NCBI RefSeq assembly: GCF_001194135.2
Contig: NC_068984.1
Location: 41,580,532-41,626,940, forward strand
DNA length: 46,409 bases
Origin: Octopus bimaculoides
Taxonomy: Eukaryota
Direction of reading: 5' to 3'
Shown: piece after piece, positions 13,981 through 25,955 of the stretch
Numbering within the stretch: the first letter of the stretch is position 1
How the letters are laid out: every line of letters begins with the position of its first letter
Notes under the pieces: generated by a model
The model's database searches: none
Told to the model about the DNA's origin: nothing
What the model saw: the letters and a program-made list of their open reading frames with translations, nothing else
Translations under genes and position numbers: made by a program

Positions 13981-14851
13981 TTAATAATAATAATAATAAT
14001 AATAATCATTGCTTGGAACTGTAAAAATTCTTTACAAGGTTCTTGAAGCATGACTAGTAAACAAGTGTCACCTTAGTCTGCTGGCTGTGGACAGTTTACA
14101 CTTTCCATTGTACCCAACAAAATAAGCTGTGAGTTTTCATCACATAATAATAACTGGCTCTCGTGGCTTTTGATCTTAACTGATTGAAAGCATTATCATG
14201 TACATGTTTTGTTTTGGTATAATAGATGGGCTAAGGTAAATATTCTGTTATCATGTACATGTTTTGTCTTGGTATAAAAGATGGGCTATAGCAAATACCA
14301 CAGATTTGCTTGTCAGTTGTTTGACCTTAATCAGTTGAGCATGTCCCTTAGTGGCTGATGATATGTGCATCTCTGATCACAAGCAGAAGTTTTAGGGGAG
14401 TATCATAGCCATGTGTTGAGAGGAATTCTTTGGGGTTTGAATAATTCACTTCTGGAAATATGAGTGTTTCATTCAACATCCTTAAACAACCTTTATTCAG
14501 GGACCTTTTGAGTGGGATGGGTTACTCAACCTGAAAAAATTCTAATTGGGCCCCACCTATAAGGTCATGTGCTATTTATTTTGATATGAGGTCACCATGT
14601 CATGCACATATAATTGTGATGCATGTGCCTGGTGTACTCTTATCAGATGGGTAGTCATGATGGGCATATTGGGCTTCATATATTTTACCTCAGTGTCACT
14701 TTGATGGCATGCACTACTCTGTCACTCAATAATAATAATGATAATAATAATATTGGTGATAACAATAATGATAATAATGATAATGATAATAATAATATTA
14801 ATGATAATAACAATATTAATGATGATGATGATAATAATAATAATAATAATG

Positions 14852-14910
<59 letters not shown>

Positions 14911-17238
14911 GCAATTAATAATTTTAGACCTTCAAAATGAATTAAATGGAGTAAGTCTGAGTGAAACTGTTAATAAATTGGAACATGAATATAACCATGT
15001 TTGTGTGTATATAAGATGAAAAAGTATTGAGCTTGTGAAAAGATAGAGGCAAAGTGACTTAGATAGATAAGATCAGCTATAAATGTCTTTAAGAGATTCA
15101 GTGCTCTGCTGTCTTACAGTTACAGTATGAATCATTATAGACATGTTTATATTTTGAGGTATTATTATCTTCATTACAACATATTTTTTGAGTAGTAATA
15201 AAAATCAAATAACTAAGTAATACATTTGTCTTATAAAAATGAAATAACTAAGTGAAACATTTGTCTTTAAAAGGTGCGTGATGGAGACCAGGCCAATAGC
15301 CCTTTACTTGGGAAATTTTGTGGACTTGCTTTACCATTAAGATTAAAGTCGTCAAAATCAGCTTTAAGACTTCAGTTTGTTACAGATTCCTCTGTAATAA
15401 AATCTGGTTTCAGAGTAGAATATTTTCAGACTGGTAAGTTAATTGCAAAATTACTGTCTTATATTTTCATTTTAATGACTAATTATTAAACATCTGCATT
15501 GATTACTTTTCACTTTTTTGTACATTAATTTTTGGTTTCATTTAATTAAATTTGATTTGTCAAAATATTTTCGTTGCTTTGAAACCGTGACCTGTTTATT
15601 GACAAAATTCCGTGCTGCATGGGAATTTTGTCAGTGAACAGGTCGCGGTTTCAAAGTGACGAAAATATTTTGACAAATTAAATTTAAATATTGAAGTGGA
15701 TCTAACAGTTTTTGTGTGTTTTTAAATAGCTTATAAACACCTTCCATGCTGCAATTGTTTTTGTTTCAGCACACGATCTCAGATCAGGTCACTTGCTATG
15801 CAAGTACAGCTCCATAATTTTTGTTTCATGTTAACCTGTAATCTATCCATTGATTTGTACAATAAGGACATTTTTTTCTTCATGTTTTCAGTTGCATAAG
15901 TCTTATTGTTTTAAAATAATCAATTTATTTAAAATGATTTATTTTACATTCTTTGGTAAATTAAAAAAAAAATTGTTCACAAAATATATACTGGTAGTAG
16001 TCTTCATGTAAGCCAAACCTATGAGCTAGTTTTAATTCTTGGTTGGAGTCTACATATTTCATGTATACACACACACACATAGACTACAGAATTTTTGTTG
16101 TGTAGATTCCACCAGTTGATTTTTTTATTTTTAAGTGAGAACAATAAAGAATATTTTTGAGACAATAAATAAATATTTTCATTGCAGAGCCAGGCAGCTT
16201 TGAGGCTGCAGGAAAAAACAAAACTGGTTCTTTTTATAAGGAAAATTGCTGAATGTGTCAAAATATTGGTAGTCTAATTGGTTGAAAAATCACAACCAAA
16301 CAATCCTGTAACTTCCATACAAATGACAAATGAATATATCTGATGAACTAGAAAATTTAGTATAAAATTATACTACAGGAGACCATCAACTCAGTAGTGT
16401 GTGTGAGAGAAAGAGAGAGAGAGAGAGAGAGAGATAAAGTAAGAACTACCCAATAGTGTGGAAGTGAGATAGACAAACTTGTCTGTGAATAGATGATGTA
16501 GATAAAGCAATATTTGTATGCCTCTGTGTTTCAATAGAGCTAGTTTCTGCTACATTTAGCTCCTTTCTTGGATGAACAGAAGAACAAGTCCAGTTGAGTT
16601 GCTGTCTGAATCTACCTAACATCCATTTAAGATGGACACAGAAAAAGTAGCACTGAAAGTGCACCATTGGTGATAAACTGCCCTACTGAAAGGTTGATCT
16701 GGTTGACAAAGATACAAGCTGAAGTGACAAAGGCCAGAACAAACTTTGTAGGCATGGAAATCCATTGTCTTGGACTTGACTAGCCACAAGCTAATCAAGA
16801 TCAACAAAGCAGAAGTGTTTAACACATGCAAGTGTATAGAAGAAAGTGTACCACTTACAATATTATAGAAGCCTATAAGAAGACTATCAGCTCAGAAAGT
16901 CACAAGTGCATTGCCCTGTTAGCCATGCCTTAAGAAAGCAACGGCACCAATGTAAAACAAGTAGTGAAAATCCAATGGAGCTGCAATATATCTAATGTAA
17001 CTGACTAAAACATGTTGTTTGTCAGTAAAGTAGTTCATAATAGAACACCATATATACATGTGCCAGATACAGGAGTTGCATATATGCACCTGATGTAATG
17101 AAGCAAGGTGAAATGGAAAAAAAAATTAGCTTTTTGTAGGGTTTATATATGTGCTATTTAGTGTTTTACATGAATAGTGGTAAAGGCAAAAAGACTGCAG
17201 ATGACAAAAAAAATCAGGTACTATTTAGCTAAATTATT

Positions 17239-17270
<32 letters not shown>

Positions 17271-20200
17271 GGGGAGGAGTGTGTATTTTTTCTAACCAAG
17301 TTTTTAGAATAGTTACAAATAAATTATCCTTTTCTACTCTAGGCACAAGGCCCGAAAGTTTTGGAGTGGGGGCTAGTCGATTAGATCGACCCCAGTATGC
17401 AACTGGTACTTAATTTATCGACCCTGAAAGGATGAAAGGCAAAGTCGACCTCAGCGGAATTTGAACTCAAAATGTAAAGACAGACAAAATACCGCTAAGC
17501 ATTTCGCCCAGCGTGCTAACGTTTCCGCCAGCCCACCGTCTTCTACAACTAAATTATCATACGAAGTATGCTGTCTGCAGACCAGGTTTTATTTATCTCT
17601 CCACATGTCTGTGTTCAATATATTTAACCTACATACAAAAAGATCCCTCAATTCTAAGTTGATGATTAGGTTTACTGCTGAAGAATTCATCTTTTGGCAA
17701 GCTTTAACCAGACAAAACCTATTGGATAGAGCTGGAAATCAAAGGCATGCAAAATAAGTGAAGTTGTTCAGTGAAATACTGAAATTTGCAAAGTTTCTTG
17801 AAAACTTAGCATCACCTTACAAAACCTGCATTTTTGATACTCATGACAGCAAAATACTAGTTGTTGCTTGATTTACCCTGTGAAAGTGTCATCAAATTTT
17901 TGTTAAAATTAATAAAAAGAAACTAAGTTTAAAAATTACTCTTTTTAAAAAATCTGTATTACAATGTACTGAATTGTTGCATTTAGGTTGTATAAGGAAG
18001 CTAAATCGGCCTTCTAGAAAACTTAGACCAATCAGATATTGGCATGACTCTGATTACTTTTGTATCTGGATTATTACTGTCAATCCTGGGAGAAAGATAC
18101 AGTTAAATGTTACCAGTATAACATTAGGAAGTTCTGCAACATGCAATTCAACATTTTTAAAGGTATTCATTGAAATTATTATAAAAAAAATTTAGCCTTT
18201 TAATTAATTTAAATAAAATATTTTGATCTGTTTTTAAAAGTTTAACTCTATTTTTTGATATCAGTATGAATGATTTGATTTTTGCATACTGTTGCAACAA
18301 TATTTTTCACAATTGGTTTCTTTCCTTTTAGTAACCAATTTGTTGTGAATAAGGAGAAATGTTTGCTGTCATTCTAGCAAAATCAAGCAAGAAGAGTTAG
18401 GTTCCTTGCCTATGAACCTAGCGCAGTAGATGAGACTTAAGCTGGTCATGGACAACATGTAATACTTGAGCTGCCTGTGGCCCATCATGATCCTTTTGGT
18501 ATGACATGTACAGTGTCATAATTCTTTAAGCATATTACTGAAATTTTGTAGCATGATTTTATGGGTCTACCTATTAATTAAAGCAATTCTCTCTCCCTCT
18601 CTCTTTGTTTGAGGTTACTGGGTATTTTCCCAAATTATCAACCACTGAAGATGTATTGCATACCTATAAGCGATGTTTGTTAAATCATTTTTCAGTGATG
18701 TGGCCTGACTTATGCTAAGTAATATTTCATAGCTTTAAATCATGATCAGTTGTCCGACACCTTATTCTCAGAATTATCCTGTCTCTACAAGCACTTAAGT
18801 TGTGTAATGCTTTTAAAAAGTTTCATAAATAATTTAGAATTACAAATTCTTTGTTATATGAAATATCATTAATCAAAGGGTAGCAATTACCTAACTAGTT
18901 AGCAGTCACACAGTTAGTGATCCAGTTGTTATTTTTTCAGGTTTTTGACGGTGATAATTTAAGATCATCAGTGCTAGCAAACTTATGTCACAATATACAG
19001 AAACCCATGTTGCTCACTTCCACTGGAAATAAAATGACTGTATTGATTTCTGAATTTGCTTCATCTGATTTTCAAGTAGAATATAAGGAAATTAAAGGAG
19101 GTGAGAAAAACTTTTGTTGTTGTCTTCTACCATTTCTCTATTCTTCATAAAGTATTCAGTCACCACTTTGATCATCAAAGATTTAATGTTTTCCTTCCAT
19201 GTTGAAGAATTTCTCTTTGTTCATTTCTATCTTTTGTTATTGCCCTCATGGGACCTCATGTTCTTGTTTTACCACTTCTTGTTAATATAAAGTCATTGAG
19301 ATCACATTTGACAGAGTTGAAGGAGTGGTAAAGTAGCCAAGTTGTTGGCAGTTCATAAATTCTCATTGTCTTTAATTCTTACATCAACCCCTTCCTCTCT
19401 GCTCTGAAAATTTTTCCTACTAACTCTGACACTTTTGTCACAGTAATTAGCCTTCATATTTCTATTGCTGAACCCTTACTTTTATTTTGACTTTTCCCCT
19501 TCTCATCTTACTCCCACTAAAGCTGCCTTCTCCTTTTTGCAATTTCTCCAATACCAGATTATGCAGCAATGATTTTGATTCCCATTCCAAATCCGAAGAA
19601 ATGTTCTAATTCTTCTTTGTAAAGGTTAATCAGAATCAACAATTAATGCCATGCTCTATCAAGCCCAGACTGCTGACAGAATCCCAGCACTCTAACTTCA
19701 CAGCATACACACCTGAAGATAGGGCTTCCTACTTTTCTACTTTTTACCTGCCAGCTTTAACTTCTTCAACAATTTTCATCTTACTTCTGACCCTCAAGTG
19801 TTTCCTAGATTTCTTAATTCTCCTCTCTTTCAAAATAAGCTAAAACTCTTGGTTAGAGGCTTTCTTTTTCTACTCTTATATCTGGAACTTCCAAACCCTC
19901 TCACTCTATATACTGCCTTCAGCACCAACCCTAAATCCAATTCCGACTCACTAATTACTTTCAACATTCTTCATTGTGTGAATGTAAACTCTGCAGACAG
20001 ATACCAACAAGAGATTATCAAGATAACTAAGATGTTTCAGAGTTACAACTAATGTGCAGGTAAGCATCAGTTTCAAAGGGCAGAGATAAAAGAATTGAGA
20101 TTATCAGTCAAAAACTGCCATGATCTATCTACCTTATATTAGAGACTTGTAGGAAAAATCATTCAGAAGATTTGTGATCCATATAACATCAGGGCAGTTA

Positions 20201-23200
20201 AAAATAGGTCTACTTTTTGGGGACATCTCTCCTAAACATTGTTTCTGTTAGAAGGTACCATGACCAAAAATTTGTGAAATTCATCCCATATGGTTATAAT
20301 AATAATAATAGCACTCTATTGGTTGTGACGATGAGAGTACCAGTTGATCCAATCAACGGAACAACCTACTGGTGAAATTAACATGCATGTGGCTGACCAC
20401 TCCACAGATACGTGTACCCTTAATGTAGTTCCCAGGGAGATTCAGCATGACACAGTATGACAAGGCTGGCCCTTTGAATTACAGGTACTACTCATTTTTA
20501 CCAGCTGAGTGGACTGGGGCAACATGAAATAAAGTGTCTTGCTCAAGGACACAACACATTGCTGGAAATTGTACTCACAACCTTATAATCATAAACCGAA
20601 TGCTCCTAACCAGTAAGCCATGTGCTTTCACTCCCCCACCTCATATGATAATGGCAATGAATATAATGGTAAAACTTATGCTACATTAAAAGTAAGGTTA
20701 TAGGAACATCATAAATCTGTAGTCTGCAGGTACCTGTAAGAGAAGCTTCATATTGGTATATGTAGCATAGGGAGAAGCTACAAAAAAAAAAAAAAAAGGT
20801 GTAAGGTTTCTGTATTTCAAAGCAGTACTAATATGAATGAAAACATTATGAGGGAAGTGTATACAGTATTATAACACTACTGTTAACAGACCTATCTGAA
20901 GGAGCAGCTGTATAGTTGAAAGTGCAATGAAAAATATGAAGGCAGGGATAGCTGCTAAGAATGGATTATCAGAGATAACTGCTGAAAATATCTAGGTCAT
21001 ATCTTGGCCATGTGCTTGTGATTTGTATAGTCAATCAGATAGTGCAGGCAAATTTCATAATCAATGATTGGCATTACAGTATCACTTTCAAAAGTTACAA
21101 TGGTAAAAGATTTCCTTGTAGGAAGCAAATATAGAAGAATTAAGCTGATGGCCCAAATTTGGTAAGTAACAAAAAGAGTTAGAGCACAAGAATTATAGAT
21201 TAAGTAGAGAATTAGCTTAGAAGAGAGTCAATTTGCATAGCACTAATGCACTCTCTGAGTAAGATGACCACAAAAATTCTTAGCAAAAAACAAATCATTA
21301 TATCTAGAATTTGTTGACCTGGAGAAGTCTTTTGATAGGGTACAACACTCTGTAGTGTCTGTTAAGAGAAGTAGGTTTAGATGAATGGCTGATGAAAGTT
21401 GTGTAATCTATGTAGAGATTCTGTCAGAAAAGTGAAATTTGGCAATGAATTCAGCAAGGAATTTAGCTTACAATTAGGTGCCCATCAGGGTTCAGTTCTC
21501 AGCTCTCTCCTGTTAATTATAGTTCTTCAGGTTATAATGATGGAAGTTCCAGATTGACTGGCCACCAGAATTCCTGAATGTTGATGACCCACTTCTCATA
21601 GCTGCATTTGTAAAGTATTACAGAAGAAATTTCAAACAGAAGCAAAACCTAGAATTGAAAAGGCTTAAAGTAAACCTCATAAAGATAAAAGTTCTAGTTT
21701 GCTGAATAGTTTTAGCTTAGTCTACTACCATTTGGGAAGTGGTCAGGCTTAATATGCAAAAGAAGAATAAATATGAATTCCATATGGTGTAACCAATCTA
21801 AATTATAGGGCCACATGCAGTGTATTGGGATCAAAGAGAGGTTAACAGAAATGAAAGACTTTGTAGCAGGTGCACATGAGCACGTAGCAACAAGAGCATC
21901 TATGAAATAAATGCTTTGGAAGGGTTTCTAGAAGTAGTTAATAGCTTTTATTACCTAATGATATGATTAACAGTGGAGGGTGAGAATTGGAGTTGTAGAA
22001 ACCCAGAGAGCTATCATATTTGCTGGCAACGAAGGTATTCTGTCTCTGTGTGAGGAGAAAATTGTATGATGTTTGTGTATGGAGTATGGTGTTGCATAAG
22101 AGCAGAACATGAACGTTGAAGGCAGAGAATATGTGAAGGTTGGATGTGTAATGTTTGAATGCATGAATAATGGAGCACAAATTGACTGGAAGAGCAGACA
22201 TAAAATTGATGATAATGGTGATGATATAAATGATTTAGACAATATTTCAGATTAAAATTTTGATTGTATCTATATTATAATTTCATTAATTGTATTATTT
22301 TTTTCCCAGGTTGTGGTGGTAATTATGTTATACAGGTTGGTTCAATCACATCACCTAACTATCCTCATAACTACCCACATAATTCAAATTGTGACTGGTT
22401 AATTACTCCTAAAAGAGGACATTTTGTAAAAATACAATTTGTAGATTTTCGAATTAATGGAAACTGTTCATCAAACTATCTCACAGTAAGTAAAATTATT
22501 ACTATATGGAAAATGTATATATAACAACCATGACCTTTTACTGGCAGTGAAACTGATGCAGGTTCTAGGAAATAAACGTTTATGCTTTATTGCATTTTGA
22601 TATTTTACAGCTTTTAGCTTGAATCTAATTGTTGTCATTACATTTCTTTGTAGTGAGTATAGTAATATTTTGTTATTTTAACTCTAAAGAATTAGAGATG
22701 ACAATGATCATCATCATTGTTTTTATATTTGTTCTTTTTTTTTCATGCTTGCATGAGTTAGATGAGTCTTCCCTGGCACAGCATCTCTTCACTTGCTAGT
22801 GTTCATCATCTCCTTTATAAAATTTGGCATCTTGAGATAAACTTTCACTGTTTCTGTTTAACTTAGTCTTCCACTTTTACAGGTTTCTTCCACTTGATCA
22901 CTTGGAATTTCTTTTCTTTGTATGCATCACATGTCCATACTTGCACAATCTTTTCTCTTGCACACTACATGTGATTCTTCTTATAATCCAGTTATTTTCT
23001 TTTCCTGAACCCATCTGTGCATCACTGTTCATAGACAATAACAATCTATATCCATCAGAGTATGACTCATAAATTTCTACCCAGTCTTCTCATATTTAGT
23101 GCTGATATGTTGATATCATGCAATATCACAGTTTGTATGCCAGTATCATAGCTTTCACATGTAGGGAGAGAATTCTTTCGTTGTCAATAAACTTATTCTA

Positions 23201-25886
23201 TTTCAGTCATTTCCTAGCTATTATACTTTCAAATCACCATCTTCCACTGTTAAGTCAGCTACCTAATAGAAGCTATCATCTACTCCTTTGAAAATTCTAA
23301 AGGCTCATTCTTTCATATGATCATTTGAAGCGTTTGAAATAAACTATTTCACAGGTACTCTAACCTCTGCACCTGCCACAATTGATGTCTACCTTGTCTA
23401 TCAAACAGTCTGTGATTCTACTACAACTCTTGTACATATTTTTATACTTGGTACATTGTATGAAATTTCCATCAACTAATTTTCTACAAATAAAGTATGA
23501 CCACTTCATGGATGGTAGTGCAGACTTGTCTTCTTTCTTGCTAATTAAAACTTTTGTTGTTCCTAGATTTATTTTACAGCCTCTCAATTTTTGACTTTGT
23601 TTCAGCATTTGGAGTCAATTATGAATAATGGCTAATGGGAGACAATCCCTTGTTGCTGACAACAGTCTTTTCCTCCTCCATTTTCTAGAGAGGCCATTTG
23701 CTAGAGAAGCCATAGGCCAACAGGCTCAGGGTTTAATGATACACTGTAAAGCTAAGTGCTTTACGGACATGAAACCCACCATAATCCCATAGACCAACTT
23801 TATCTAACTTTATCTATATGCTATACTGCTCTATAACTTAGAGTGTGCTTCTTTTTTGGAATTATGATTTACCAATGATATATATATATATANNNNNNNN
23901 NNNNNNNNNNNNNNNNNNNNNNNNNNNNNNNNNNNNNNNNNNNNNNNNNNNNNNNNNNNNNNNNNNNNNNNNNNNNNNNNNNNNNNNNNNNNNNNNNNNN
24001 NNNNNNNNNNNNNNNNNNNNNNNNNNNNNNNNNNNNNNNNNNNNNNNNNNNNNNNNNNNNNNNNNNNNNNNNNNNNNNNNNNNNNNNNNNNNNNNNNNNN
24101 NNNNNNNNNNNNNNNNNNNNNNNNNNNNNNNNNNNNNNNNNNNNNNNNNNNNNNNNNNNNNNNNNNNNNNNNNNNNNNNNNNNNNNNNNNNNNNNNNNNN
24201 NNNNNNNNNNNNNNNNNNNNNNNNNNNNNNNNNNNNNNNNNNNNNNNNNNNNNNNNNNNNNNNNNNNNNNNNNNNNNNNNNNNNNNNNNNNNNNNNNNNN
24301 NNNNNNNNNNNNNNNNNNNNNNNNNNNNNNNNNNNNNNNNNNNNNNNNNNNNNNNNNNNNNNNNNNNNNNNNNNNNNNNNNNNNNNNNNNNNNNNNNNNN
24401 NNNNNNNNNNNNNNNNNNNNNNNNNNNNNNNNNNNNNNNNNNNNNNNNNNNNNNNNNNNNNNNNNNNNNNNNNNNNNNNNNNNNNNNNNNNNNNNNNNNN
24501 NNNNNNNNNNNNNNNNNNNNNNNNNNNNNNNNNNNNNNNNNNNNNNNNNNNNNNNNNNNNNNNNNNNNNNNNNNNNNNNNNNNNNNNNNNNNNNNNNNNN
24601 NNNNNNNNNNNNNNNNNNNNNNNNNNNNNNNNNNNNNNNNNNNNNNNNNNNNNNNNNNNNNNNNNNNNNNNNNNNNNNNNNNNNNNNNNNNNNNNNNNNN
24701 NNNNNNNNNNNNNNNNNNNNNNNNNNNNNNNNNNNNNNNNNNNNNNNNNNNTATATATGTCTGTCTTTGGCTGGCCTCAAATCTCACCTGCGAACCCATG
24801 CAAAACAAACTTCAACCAGCTATTCTGATTATATGTCTGTGCACATGTTTGAATGTGATGTGTGCCAGAGGGCTTGCAAATCCAATGGGGGTCTTAAAAG
24901 ACATGTTAGGATCCACAATGAGCAAAACTTACCTGCAGGTATTGGTAGTACAAATCAGAGGTGCAATCTGTGTGGGTGTTTTTTTCAAAATGTTATCTGG
25001 TTTAAAAAGCCACATCAGACGCCATGAAAGGGCTAAGGTGTAGGTGCAGGAGGTGGTCAAACTCTGTGTAAGGCGTAGACAACCACAACCATATGGATAT
25101 ATATCTATCATCATCATCATCATCGTTTAACATCCGCTTTCCATGCTGGTATAGGTTGGATGGTTTGACTGGGGACTGGTGAGCCAGATGGCTGCACCAG
25201 GCTCCAATCTGATCTGGCAGAGTTTCTACAGCTGGATGCCCTTCTATCACCAACCACTTCGAGAGTGTAGTGGGTGCTTTTGCGTGCCACTGGCATGAGG
25301 GTCAGTCAGGAGGTACTGGCAACGCCCACGTTCAAATAGTGTTTTTACGTGTCACCTGTACAGGAGCCAGTCCAGCAGCACTGGCAACGCCCTTGCTCGA
25401 ATGTTGTTTTCCACATACCACCGGCACAAGTGCCAGTAAGGCGAAGCTGGTAATGATCATACTCAAATGGTGCTTTTTACGTGCCACCGGCACGGAAGCC
25501 AGACAGCAGCCCTACCAACGATCATGCTTGAATGGTGCTCTTAGTGCTCCACTAGCACGGATGCCAGTCATGCGGTGCTGTCATCAAATTTGATTCCGAG
25601 TTACACCACTGGCATAGGCCACAAGTTATGGTCTCACTTGGCTTACCGGGTCTTCTTAAGGACAGCATATTTCCAAAGGTCTCGGTCACTAGTCATTGCC
25701 TCATTGAGGCCTAATGTTCAAAGGTCGTGCTTCACCACTTCATCCCAGTTCTTCCTGGGTCTACCTCTTCCACAGTTTCCTTCAACCGCTAGGGTGCGAC
25801 ACTTTTTCACACAGCTATCCTCATCCATTCGTATCACATGACCATACCAGCACAGTCTCTCTTCCACACCACATCTGATGGTTGTT

Positions 25887-25955
<69 letters not shown>

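Noticed and set aside
14623-15019. Poly-Asn and poly-Ile ORFs (also the poly-Ile tail of ORF 12747-13196)
   Set aside because: They are translations of (AAT)n microsatellites; the real exon 4 ends at 12983.
16440-17030. Possible decayed RT or LINE fragment (IDDVD-like)
   Set aside because: There are too many stops and no second motif to support a class.
19200-20060. Pyrimidine-rich block that might be a minus-strand LINE linker
   Set aside because: No diagnostic endonuclease or RT motif could be read.
23831-24828. Long ORFs of 300+ aa across 23831-24828, and the similar ones at 41457-42224 and 43116-43662
   Set aside because: They are artefacts of N runs translated as X.
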